From Desulfocapsa sulfexigens DSM 10523 (GTDB lineage Bacteria; Desulfobacterota; Desulfobulbia; Desulfobulbales; Desulfocapsaceae), in contig NC_020304.1 of the NCBI RefSeq assembly GCF_000341395.1, positions 3,510,001-3,542,000 on the forward strand: a stretch of DNA of 32,000 bases. Reading direction: 5' to 3'. Each line of letters begins with the position of its first letter. The first letter of the stretch is position 1. The notes under the pieces were generated by a model. It was not told where the DNA came from, made no database searches, and was given only the letters and a program-made list of their open reading frames with translations. This document shows positions 7,603 to 15,645 of this stretch, piece by piece. Both the position numbers and the translations under genes were made by a program.

Positions 7603-9357
7603 CTACATTGCAACAATGGGAAGATATTCGGGATCCCACCGCATCTTTCTGAGTAACTCAGCCATTCGGATCTCATCCCCCTCATGCTGAAACGTTGAAA
7701 AGACGCAGGGTCTGCTCACGCCATGCTCAACCGCAGACATAGCAACAGCAAGTGCAACCTTAGAACTCACCTCTCTCAAAGTATTCACCGCAGGAACGAG
7801 ACATCCTTCCCTCATATCCGCCTTGGACACACAGGATGAAACAGCATGGGCCGCTGCGGTAAAGAATTGGGGAAGGACCTCTCTTGCACCTGAACCCAGA
7901 ACACCAAGCCCCACGCCAGGAAAAACAAAAACATTATTGCATTGGCCAATATGGTGAGTCACACCATTATGGGTCACTGGAGCAAAGGGACTGCCCGTGG
8001 CAACCAGTGCTTTCCCATCGGTCCAGCGGTAAATGTCCTCCGGCAGTGCCTCGGTCATCGAAGTTGGATTGGAAAGCGGCATAATCACTGGTCTATCGGT
8101 ATTACCAGCCACAGCCTCTACAACTTCCTGAGTAAAGCAACCACCCTGTCCTGATGTACCGATCAATACCGTCACTCCCGCTCTTTTAACAGCTTCAAGC
8201 AGAGATTGATTTGCGGGATCTTTCAGCCATGGAAATTTTTCCTTGTCCTTTGCAAATTTAAGTTTGTATTCTTCAATATCACGATCACTTGTGACCACAC
8301 CACGGGAATCCAGGGTGAATATCCTGTCCTTTGCCTCTTCCTCAGTAAGTCCCGCCTCAATCAGCGCGACACCTATCTGCTCTGCAACACCAACGCCACC
8401 AGCACCAGCACCATGAATAAGAAAAACCTGGTTTTCAAGTTTTTCCAGCTTAATACGCATGGCAGTTAAGATCCCCGCCAGGGTCACTGCCCCTGTCCCC
8501 TGAATGTCATCGTTAAAAGATATCAGGTCGTGGAGGTATGTATCACGAATGGCAAAGGCGTTCTGTTTAGAGAAATCCTCCCACTGGCACAGAGCATTAG
8601 GAAACACATTTCTGAAGGCGTGAGCGAAACGTCTTATAAATTCAAGATACTCGTCTCCAACGATACGATGATGACGCCAGCCAAGATAATCACTGTCTGC
8701 AAGCAGAGCCTCATTATTCGTACCAACATCCAGGGAAATCGGCAGACAATGCCACGGGGCAACACCTGCCCCCTGTGTATAGAGCATCAGCTTACCGAGA
8801 CAGATAGCAATACCACCAGCCCCCTGATCTCCAATACCAAGAATTCCCTGATTATCAGTAACCACAGCCACCCTGATATCACGATGCAGATAGCGACGCA
8901 GGATATTCTCTGCCTGATCTATATTGCCTGGATAAAAATGAAGACCATTGGCCTGGCGAAACATGGATGAGTACTGTTGCACGGCAAGCCCAACCGTTGG
9001 TGTATAGATTATCCCCATCAGGTTTTCAATATCGCTCTTAATCAACGCATGAGCAAGTGCCACATTTCTGTCAAAGAGAGATCGCAGATAGATGAATTTT
9101 TCTATGGGTTGTTCTTTTGAGTTTACTTTTATCTTGGAATTCTCCACCTGATGTTCCAGGCTCCTGACGGCAGGAGGCAAAGCAGCTTCAAGCCCAAGCC
9201 GTTTTCTTTCTGACAAAGTAAAAGCTGTACCCTTATTCACATAGCTGATACCGTGAACACTCGTACCGCTGGAATAGACAAGTATTTCCCTGGTGTTACC
9301 ATATTCATCGTATTTAAAACCGTATTGATTTTCAGACATTTCCATACTCCCGGGCAT
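7603..9357 (-). CDS. maeA: NAD(P)-dependent malic enzyme, large SfcA/MaeA type.
   Basis: A 584-aa ORF with blocks NKGTAFTLSERKRLGL, IYTPTVGLA, VVTDNQGILGIGDQGAGGIAI, FNDDIQGTGAV, MPLSNPTS and CNNVFVFPGVGLG. The true start may be the third ATG at 9339 (MSENQYGF...), which has gggag 7 nt upstream. The ATG at 9357 has no SD. Confidence 0.9.
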   Translation of the reverse strand: MPGSMEMSENQYGFKYDEYGNTREILVYSSGTSVHGISYVNKGTAFTLSERKRLGLEAALPPAVRSLEHQVENSKIKVNSKEQPIEKFIYLRSLFDRNVALAHALIKSDIENLMGIIYTPTVGLAVQQYSSMFRQANGLHFYPGNIDQAENILRRYLHRDIRVAVVTDNQGILGIGDQGAGGIAICLGKLMLYTQGAGVAPWHCLPISLDVGTNNEALLADSDYLGWRHHRIVGDEYLEFIRRFAHAFRNVFPNALCQWEDFSKQNAFAIRDTYLHDLISFNDDIQGTGAVTLAGILTAMRIKLEKLENQVFLIHGAGAGGVGVAEQIGVALIEAGLTEEEAKDRIFTLDSRGVVTSDRDIEEYKLKFAKDKEKFPWLKDPANQSLLEAVKRAGVTVLIGTSGQGGCFTQEVVEAVAGNTDRPVIMPLSNPTSMTEALPEDIYRWTDGKALVATGSPFAPVTHNGVTHHIGQCNNVFVFPGVGLGVLGSGAREVLPQFFTAAAHAVSSCVSKADMREGCLVPAVNTLREVSSKVALAVAMSAVEHGVSRPCVFSTFQHEGDEIRMAELLRKMRWDPEYLPIVAM

Positions 9358-9374
9358 TTTGCCACATTGGGAAA

Positions 9375-9403
9375 TTGACTTTTAGCCTGCAATCCTCCAT
9401 AAT
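9375..9403 (+). promoter_or_regulatory. Sigma70-type promoter candidate for the KamA-family gene.
   Basis: TTGACT (9375-9380), a 17-nt spacer, then CATAAT (9398-9403). The ATG at 9412 lies only 8 nt beyond the -10 element, and no SD sits between them. Confidence 0.4.
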
Positions 9404-9411
9404 GCATCACC

Positions 9412-10461
9412 ATGACACACTGGAAAAAAATCCTGCAAAACTCGGTGAATAGTCCAACAGAACTTGCACACCATTTTGATTTTAATTGTAGCGCATTGGA
9501 AGCAACAAACGCAAGCTTTCCCATGCGAATTAATCCTTATTATTTAGGCCTCATCCAATCGGTCAACGACCCCCTCTGGAGACAGGCAGTTCCCGACCCT
9601 CTTGAACTTAATGATTTCGTATGCATACCCGATCCGCTTGCAGAGGAGGACTTAAGCCCGGTACCTAATCTGGTTCATAAATATCCCGACAGAGTTCTTT
9701 TCCTGGTTACCAGTGAGTGCGCAATGTACTGCAGATTCTGCACCCGAAAGCGTAAAGTAGGAACGCCCAAAATGGCAATCACTGAAGAATCCATCGAGGC
9801 AGGGATACATTATATACAAAAAAATAAAGAGATCAGAGAGGTTCTTCTTTCGGGTGGAGATCCGCTAATGTTATCAGACCGTAAACTCGACTCTCTACTT
9901 TGTCGGATTCGTGCAATTCCAAGCGTTGAAGTCATTCGCATAGGTACCAGAATCCCATGTACCCTTCCAATGCGTGTAACAAAAGAGCTTGCGACCATGC
10001 TCAAAAGACATCATCCTCTCTATATCAACACTCACTTCAACCACCCAAGGGAACTCACGCCCCAGGCAACTGAGGCCTGTACTCTTCTTGCCGACGCCGG
10101 AATCCCCTTGGGTTGCCAGACAGTTCTCCTCAAAGGTGTTAATGATAACGCAGAAACGCTCAAGAAACTCTTCCTCGGACTGCTCCGGATGAGGGTAAAA
10201 CCCTATTATCTCTTTCAGGGAGATCTTACCAGGGGTACTAACCACTTCCGCACTCACACCCGTGACGGAATAGAGATAATGCGGGATCTCATCGGAACGA
10301 TATCCGGAATGGCAATTCCAACTTTTGCCCTCGATGCACCAGGGGGGAAAGGCAAAATCCCACTTACTCCGGATTACATTCTTAACAGCACTGAACAGCT
10401 CACCTTTCATAACTACCAGGGAGTACTCTGTTCCTATCCTGAAAGCGGTGATCCATTATAA
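9412..10461 (+). CDS. KamA-family radical SAM aminomutase (lysine 2,3-aminomutase / EpmB-YjeK-like).
   Basis: A 349-aa ORF with the radical SAM triad CAMYCRFCTRKRK, plus KamA-family blocks HKYPDRVLFLVT, VLLSGGDPL, IRIGTR.P, NTHFNHP.E, NQ.VLLKGVND, PYYLFQ.D and G..HFR. Its length fits the short EpmB-like branch better than the 416-aa clostridial KamA. Confidence 0.85.
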   Translation: MTHWKKILQNSVNSPTELAHHFDFNCSALEATNASFPMRINPYYLGLIQSVNDPLWRQAVPDPLELNDFVCIPDPLAEEDLSPVPNLVHKYPDRVLFLVTSECAMYCRFCTRKRKVGTPKMAITEESIEAGIHYIQKNKEIREVLLSGGDPLMLSDRKLDSLLCRIRAIPSVEVIRIGTRIPCTLPMRVTKELATMLKRHHPLYINTHFNHPRELTPQATEACTLLADAGIPLGCQTVLLKGVNDNAETLKKLFLGLLRMRVKPYYLFQGDLTRGTNHFRTHTRDGIEIMRDLIGTISGMAIPTFALDAPGGKGKIPLTPDYILNSTEQLTFHNYQGVLCSYPESGDPL

Positions 10462-10535
10462 GAATCCATCAACACGTGAATTATCGAATATTCCTGAGAG
10501 GGGCTTAAATATATCTCAAGTATTTTTTACTTTTC

Positions 10536-10565
10536 TTGAAATTCATCTCCATAAGAAGATATAAT
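10536..10565 (+). promoter_or_regulatory. Sigma70-type promoter candidate upstream of the HDOD-GGDEF gene.
   Basis: TTGAAA (10536-10541), an 18-nt spacer, then a consensus TATAAT (10560-10565). This would give a leader of about 130 nt before the ATG at 10701. Confidence 0.4.
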
Positions 10566-10700
10566 TAAAACAGGGTAGCAACTGTTCTTCAAAAGCTACC
10601 GCTGTCATGGACAAAACGTAATAGGTTGAAAGACGTTCCAGGAACCCTTCAACCACTATCTCTCTTTTCTTTCACTCTTATAAAACAATGAGGCTTGGTT

Positions 10701-12251
10701 ATGAACCAGGAAGAAACTCTTGCTGCAGTACTCAATTCCGATGAACTCCCAACCCTACCCACCGTTGCCTCTGAGATTATAACCCTCACGGCAAGAGAGG
10801 ACACAACTCTTGCTGACATTGCAAATCTGGTCTCCAAGGACACTGCGCTTTCTGCAAAAATCCTTAAAGTATCCAACTCTGCTTTTTACAGTTTCCCTCA
10901 GCAGATCAGTTCCATCAACCAGGCTGTCTCCATTCTTGGAATTAATGCAGTACGAAGTCTTGTCCTTTCGTTTTCTTTTTTGAGTATGAAGGGAGGCAAA
11001 AAAAAGCTTCATTTTAATTTTGAAAAATTCTGGAAAAATTCCCTTGCTGCAGCCGTTGCCTCAAAGCTTATCCTTGAACGGGTTAAGGGAGCCGACACCG
11101 AGGAAATTTTCATCTGCGGTTTACTGCAGAATCTTGGACAATTGATTACAGCTGTAACATTCCCCAAGGAGTACGATGAAGTACTCGCCAAGATAGGTGA
11201 AAGTCAATATGATGTTCTAAATGCTGAGAACGACACCTTTGGGACCTCCCACCCAACCATAGGCTATGAGGTTGCCAAAAACTGGGGATTCCCTGAAGTG
11301 CTTCTCCTTCCCATCCTGTATCATCACGACCCGCTGCAATATAAAGGTGGGGATAAAAAAATCGAAGTTACCTGCAAGGCATCCTATCTGGCAGACCTCC
11401 TTATTTCCATTCTTTATTCCGACAAACCACAGGAATTTCACAAGCGTTTTCGTAAGGAAGCTAAGGACCTGCTGGGATTGAACAATGAGGACATGGATCA
11501 TATTCTAAACGAGCTGCACACGCAGGTTGATCATGCCGGTGAATACTTTGGTCTCCGCATTAAAAACACCAAGTCTATCCAGGAAATTCTCCAGGAAGCA
11601 AACATCCGACTCAGCCTGATAAACCTCGATTTCGATCAGATGAACCAGGAGCTTATTAAAGCTAAGATAGAACTTGAAAATCTAACTCGCGAACTGAAAG
11701 AAAAAAACAAACTGCTTGGAAATCTAGCGAACATTGACGGTCTGACGGAGATATTCAATCATCGTTATTTCCAAAACAGCCTCGACAATGAAATCGATCG
11801 CGCACTACGCAATGAAACCAACATAGCACTCCTCTTAATCGACATCGATTTTTTTAAGAAATTCAATGACACCTATGGCCATCAGGTTGGTGACTTCATC
11901 CTCAAGGAATTCAGTGCATTGCTTAAAAAAGAAATTCGCAAATATGACACGCTGGCTCGTTATGGCGGAGAAGAATTCACCATCATCCTGCCTGACACCT
12001 CTGCTGACGAGGCCTGTGCAGTCGCTGAAAAACTTTGTTCAGCAGTAAATGATTATGTCTTCAGGGATCCGCAAACCAATTACCACATCACAGCAAGCTT
12101 CGGTGTTTCCTCAGCCAAACCAGTAACGGATGACACTTTTTCCAAAGAAAATTTCATTAAAATGGCCGACGCAGCTCTCTATGACGCCAAGGAAGCCGGG
12201 AGAAACAGAGTAGCTCTCTATGCAGAAAAGAAAAAATGGTATAAATTTTAA
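10701..12251 (+). CDS. HDOD domain-containing diguanylate cyclase (HDOD, coiled coil, GGDEF).
   Basis: The N-terminus has an HDOD signature (LPTLPTVASEIITL...ILKVSNSAFY...I.SINQAVSILG...GTSHP.IG). A coiled coil covers QMNQELIKAKIELENLTRELKEKNKL. The C-terminus is a GGDEF domain (DGLTEIFNHRYF, LLLIDIDFFKKFNDTYGH) with the active site RYGGEEF and an I-site RKYD five residues upstream. The ORF track starts at a TTG at 10695. I prefer the ATG at 10701, which has gagg 8 nt upstream. Confidence 0.85.
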   Translation: MNQEETLAAVLNSDELPTLPTVASEIITLTAREDTTLADIANLVSKDTALSAKILKVSNSAFYSFPQQISSINQAVSILGINAVRSLVLSFSFLSMKGGKKKLHFNFEKFWKNSLAAAVASKLILERVKGADTEEIFICGLLQNLGQLITAVTFPKEYDEVLAKIGESQYDVLNAENDTFGTSHPTIGYEVAKNWGFPEVLLLPILYHHDPLQYKGGDKKIEVTCKASYLADLLISILYSDKPQEFHKRFRKEAKDLLGLNNEDMDHILNELHTQVDHAGEYFGLRIKNTKSIQEILQEANIRLSLINLDFDQMNQELIKAKIELENLTRELKEKNKLLGNLANIDGLTEIFNHRYFQNSLDNEIDRALRNETNIALLLIDIDFFKKFNDTYGHQVGDFILKEFSALLKKEIRKYDTLARYGGEEFTIILPDTSADEACAVAEKLCSAVNDYVFRDPQTNYHITASFGVSSAKPVTDDTFSKENFIKMADAALYDAKEAGRNRVALYAEKKKWYKF

Positions 12252-12323
12252 TCTGTGCTAATCTAGACGAAAGAAAACTCCATACTATGAAGATGGTTTT
12301 CAGTATGATCAGACTCCCATAAA

Positions 12324-13016
12324 ATGAAACAGACTATGACCGAAACTACTTTTAACTACTGTTTTGATTTCCCAGACAACAGTAAAAAACGTTTTCTTAT
12401 CAAACTTGACCCAAACACTTTTGAATATAAACCCTCCAACAGCACTCCACCAGACTGGGCCCTTTTGGGGATTGCCCGATGTGAATGCTGTCGACTTGAT
12501 CTCTCAGAAAATGACTATTGCCCCATTGCAGCAAACATTGCTGACCTTGTTTTCTCATTTAAAGACACAGCATCGCACAAATCCTGTATGGTATCATGCA
12601 TTTCAACCGCTAGGACCTGCAGTAAAGACACCACAGTCCAGGAAGGACTTGCTTCAATCATGGGTATTATCATGGCCACAAGTGGCTGTCCTTCCATGTC
12701 CATCTTAAAACCCATGGCATGTTACCACCTTCCTTTCGCTACCGTCGAAGAGTCCATGTACCGTTCAGTATCGGCCTACCTGTTACGCCAGTATTTTTCA
12801 CACCGAAAGGGTGAAAACTGTGATTTTTTCATGCACCGTATTCAGGAATATTACAGTGAGGTTCAACAGGTGAATGGGGGGATTTTAAAACGAATCAATA
12901 TGACATCTGAAATGGATGCCGATAAAAATGCTATCGTCACCCTCAACGCCCTGGCCCAGATTCTTGTTATGGAGGTTGACGAGGATCTAGACTCCTTAAA
13001 ACGTCTGTTCTCCTGA
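12324..13016 (+). CDS. Cysteine-rich hypothetical protein; family not recognised.
   Basis: A 230-aa ORF, same strand as the cyclase and 72 bp downstream of it. It has 11 Cys residues, including the clusters CECC and C-X3-C-X6-C (SCMVSCISTARTC). There is no obvious SD and I find no recognisable domain. The coding call rests on length, non-overlap and ordinary composition. Confidence 0.55.
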   Translation: MKQTMTETTFNYCFDFPDNSKKRFLIKLDPNTFEYKPSNSTPPDWALLGIARCECCRLDLSENDYCPIAANIADLVFSFKDTASHKSCMVSCISTARTCSKDTTVQEGLASIMGIIMATSGCPSMSILKPMACYHLPFATVEESMYRSVSAYLLRQYFSHRKGENCDFFMHRIQEYYSEVQQVNGGILKRINMTSEMDADKNAIVTLNALAQILVMEVDEDLDSLKRLFS

Positions 13017-13116
13017 AAACCTTTCAGGTACAGGTGTATTCGTTCTCAGCTGTCCGCAACAGTTCTGTCCTGCGGTCAAACAAGAACCAGTGGAAATACG
13101 AATCTATGACTATTTT

Positions 13117-15624
13117 TTACATCATGGATTCTGGATCCACATCTATCGCTATCCGAATATCCCCCTTTACCAGACTTGAATATCTGCCAAGAACCCTCCC
13201 GCAAATGCCATGCAAGAGAGGAGAATCTGCACCTTTTAACAATACCTGCCAGCGGTAACGGTCACGGATTCTGTCAACCGGAGACGGGGCAGGACCCAGG
13301 ATTTCTATTCCTGCATGCTTTCCAGTACGACAAAGTGCAGCAACCTGAGCTGCAGTACTCTGCACCTGTCCTTCATTCCCTCCTGATATTTTCAGGTTAA
13401 TCATACGTAGAAAAGGTGGAAATTTAGGGTTCGCTCTGTTTTCCATTTCTTTTTGATACAGCCGTTCATAATCATGCACCCTGGCAAATTGAATAGCATA
13501 ATGTTCAGGTCTCAATGTCTGGACTATGACCCGGCCAGGACTGTCACCTCTGCCTGCCCTCCCGGTCACCTGTGACAAAAGCTGATAGGTACGTTCTGCC
13601 CCACGATAATCCGGCATGCTGAGACCGCCATCCGCCCATATCACCCCGACCAGAGTGACATGTGGGAAATCGTGCCCCTTGGCTATCATCTGTGTTCCGA
13701 TCAGAATATCAATTTCGCGTTGATGCATTTTTTTTAGCAATGCAAGAAAGGCTCTCCGGTCGGCTGCCGTATCGGAATCTATTCGTGCCACACGAGCCTC
13801 TGGAAACCTCTCCTGTATTTCCATTTCAATACGTTCAGTACCGTAGCCAACGGGCGTAAGTTTGGTGGATTGACAGGCACCGCAGATTACCTTGTCCTTA
13901 AGGGTATATCCGCAGTAGTGACACACCAGTTTCGCCCTTCTTTTATGATAGGTTAGAGAGACATGGCAGTGGAGACACTTCACCGGTTCCCCGCAATCAC
14001 TGCAAAGATACACCGATGAAAATCCTCTCCGATTCAGTAGAAGAATGGACTGTTTACCCTGTTCAAGATTTAATCCAAGCTCCTTATGGAGTTTTTTGCC
14101 GATAGCTTCCTGATAGTTTTTTTCTTTTTTATCACGCAGATCAACTATCTGTACTGTAGGCAGAGGCCTGTTTTCAACACGTTTCCGCATGCTAAGAAGA
14201 GTAAACTTCCCCTTCATGGCACTCGCAAAACTTGTAACAGTGGGGGTTCCTGAACCAAGAATCACCACTGCCTTGTTATATCGGCCTCGCAGGATGGCCA
14301 GATCACGTCCCTGGTAGCGCAGACCGTCTTCCTGTTTATAGGCACCATCGTGTTCTTCATCAACGACAATAAGGCCCGGATTACTCAGTGGTGCAAAAAC
14401 AGCTGATCGGGCACCAATAACAATTTTCGCACGCCCACTGGCGGCAAGGCTCCACTGATCATAGCGTTCGCCTGGACTTAATCCTGAATGGAGGAGCACC
14501 ACCTGGTCGCCAAAGCGGGACACGAAGTGGGCTTCAAGTTGCGTGGCCAGAGCTATTTCAGGTACAAGCACCAGGACATCACGACCAAGTGTAAGAGTTT
14601 CTTCAGCAGCCCGCAGATACACCTCTGTTTTTCCGCACCCGGTGACACCATGAAGAAGAAAGGGCGTAAATGTCTGTTGTTGCAAAGCAGGGAGAATTTC
14701 GGAAAGCACCTGAGTCTGCTCTTCACTCAGAGATTCCGGTTTTGGAAAGTGGGTCAGTATTTCGCCAAAAGGATTCCTGTAAATCCGTCGTTCTTCGGAA
14801 CAGACCAGTCCCTGTTTTTCCAGTTCTTTTAAAGCCCTGGAAGCGCCACTATACATCCGACGCAGATCCTTTGCAGCAACACTATCAACGCCCTGTTCCC
14901 TGGCGAGTGCTGTCAGGTTCACAAGAGTTCGAATCATGGGGATGCTCAGTTTTTCACCATTAACCAACAGCTGATCTGCTCCCTTTGCCACTGCTGTCTC
15001 CTGCTCAGCCTCGCCCAATTGAGGCAGTTCGATGGTCGTTGTTTTTCTATAGCAGAGTTCCAGCTTTTCACTGGTCTTTACTTTATCGAGGACATCCACG
15101 ATACGTATCAGTTTTTTTTGTTTCAGTTCGTCAATAGCCTTTGAAAATTGCGTTTCTATAAGTATTTTTTTTGTTACAGCAGCACTTAATTCCTTGCCAG
15201 CAAGTAGCGAGGAAAACCAGTCAGGCGCAGCAATGTTCGGATCTGGCCATCTGATAGTGTTTTTTTCAACATCAGGCATTACCTGCAGCACCTTACGGTT
15301 ACGAAGGGTAAGCCCTCCGGGAAGTGCCGTCTTCACCACCTCGCCAATGGGATAATGGTAATAGTCCGCAATCCATTTAAAAAAAGGCACAAGATTTTCC
15401 GGAAAAAGAGGTTTGTCCCTGTCATCAAGAAAGCGAAGAACGGGAAGTATCCGGAAACTGACATCCTCATCTGGCAGGAGTCCGAGCACATACCCTGTAA
15501 CCTTCTGCGGCCCAAGACGTACGAGTACCCTTCTCCCGACAGGATCACCATCCTTATCAGAATCAAACGAATAGGACAGGGTCTGAAACAGCGGGGCGGC
15601 AACAGCCACCTCAATTCTACTCAT
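13117..15624 (-). CDS. priA: Primosomal protein N-prime, replication restart helicase PriA.
   Basis: An 835-aa ORF with Walker A GVTGCGKTEVYL, DEEHD, and the PriA zinc-binding cysteine array CSDCGEPVKCLHCHVSLTYHKRRAKLVCHYCGY...CGAC. The C-terminal helicase motifs GTQMIAKGHDFP and QV.GRAGR are also present. Confidence 0.93.
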   Translation of the reverse strand: MSRIEVAVAAPLFQTLSYSFDSDKDGDPVGRRVLVRLGPQKVTGYVLGLLPDEDVSFRILPVLRFLDDRDKPLFPENLVPFFKWIADYYHYPIGEVVKTALPGGLTLRNRKVLQVMPDVEKNTIRWPDPNIAAPDWFSSLLAGKELSAAVTKKILIETQFSKAIDELKQKKLIRIVDVLDKVKTSEKLELCYRKTTTIELPQLGEAEQETAVAKGADQLLVNGEKLSIPMIRTLVNLTALAREQGVDSVAAKDLRRMYSGASRALKELEKQGLVCSEERRIYRNPFGEILTHFPKPESLSEEQTQVLSEILPALQQQTFTPFLLHGVTGCGKTEVYLRAAEETLTLGRDVLVLVPEIALATQLEAHFVSRFGDQVVLLHSGLSPGERYDQWSLAASGRAKIVIGARSAVFAPLSNPGLIVVDEEHDGAYKQEDGLRYQGRDLAILRGRYNKAVVILGSGTPTVTSFASAMKGKFTLLSMRKRVENRPLPTVQIVDLRDKKEKNYQEAIGKKLHKELGLNLEQGKQSILLLNRRGFSSVYLCSDCGEPVKCLHCHVSLTYHKRRAKLVCHYCGYTLKDKVICGACQSTKLTPVGYGTERIEMEIQERFPEARVARIDSDTAADRRAFLALLKKMHQREIDILIGTQMIAKGHDFPHVTLVGVIWADGGLSMPDYRGAERTYQLLSQVTGRAGRGDSPGRVIVQTLRPEHYAIQFARVHDYERLYQKEMENRANPKFPPFLRMINLKISGGNEGQVQSTAAQVAALCRTGKHAGIEILGPAPSPVDRIRDRYRWQVLLKGADSPLLHGICGRVLGRYSSLVKGDIRIAIDVDPESMM

Positions 15625-15645
15625 GCACCAGAATTCCTTTTTTAA

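Noticed and set aside
7467-7685. A 72-aa minus-strand ORF spanning the maeA stop and the intergenic hairpin.
   Set aside because: It overlaps the 3-prime end of maeA out of frame, has no SD, and is Cys/Arg/Phe-rich in an odd way. It is most likely a chance ORF.
13017-13116. I looked for a bidirectional terminator between the convergent Cys-rich ORF and priA. I did the same at 19489-19541, 25282-25343 and 30271-30338.
   Set aside because: I found only 4-6-bp imperfect inverted repeats without U-tracts, which is not enough to call terminators.
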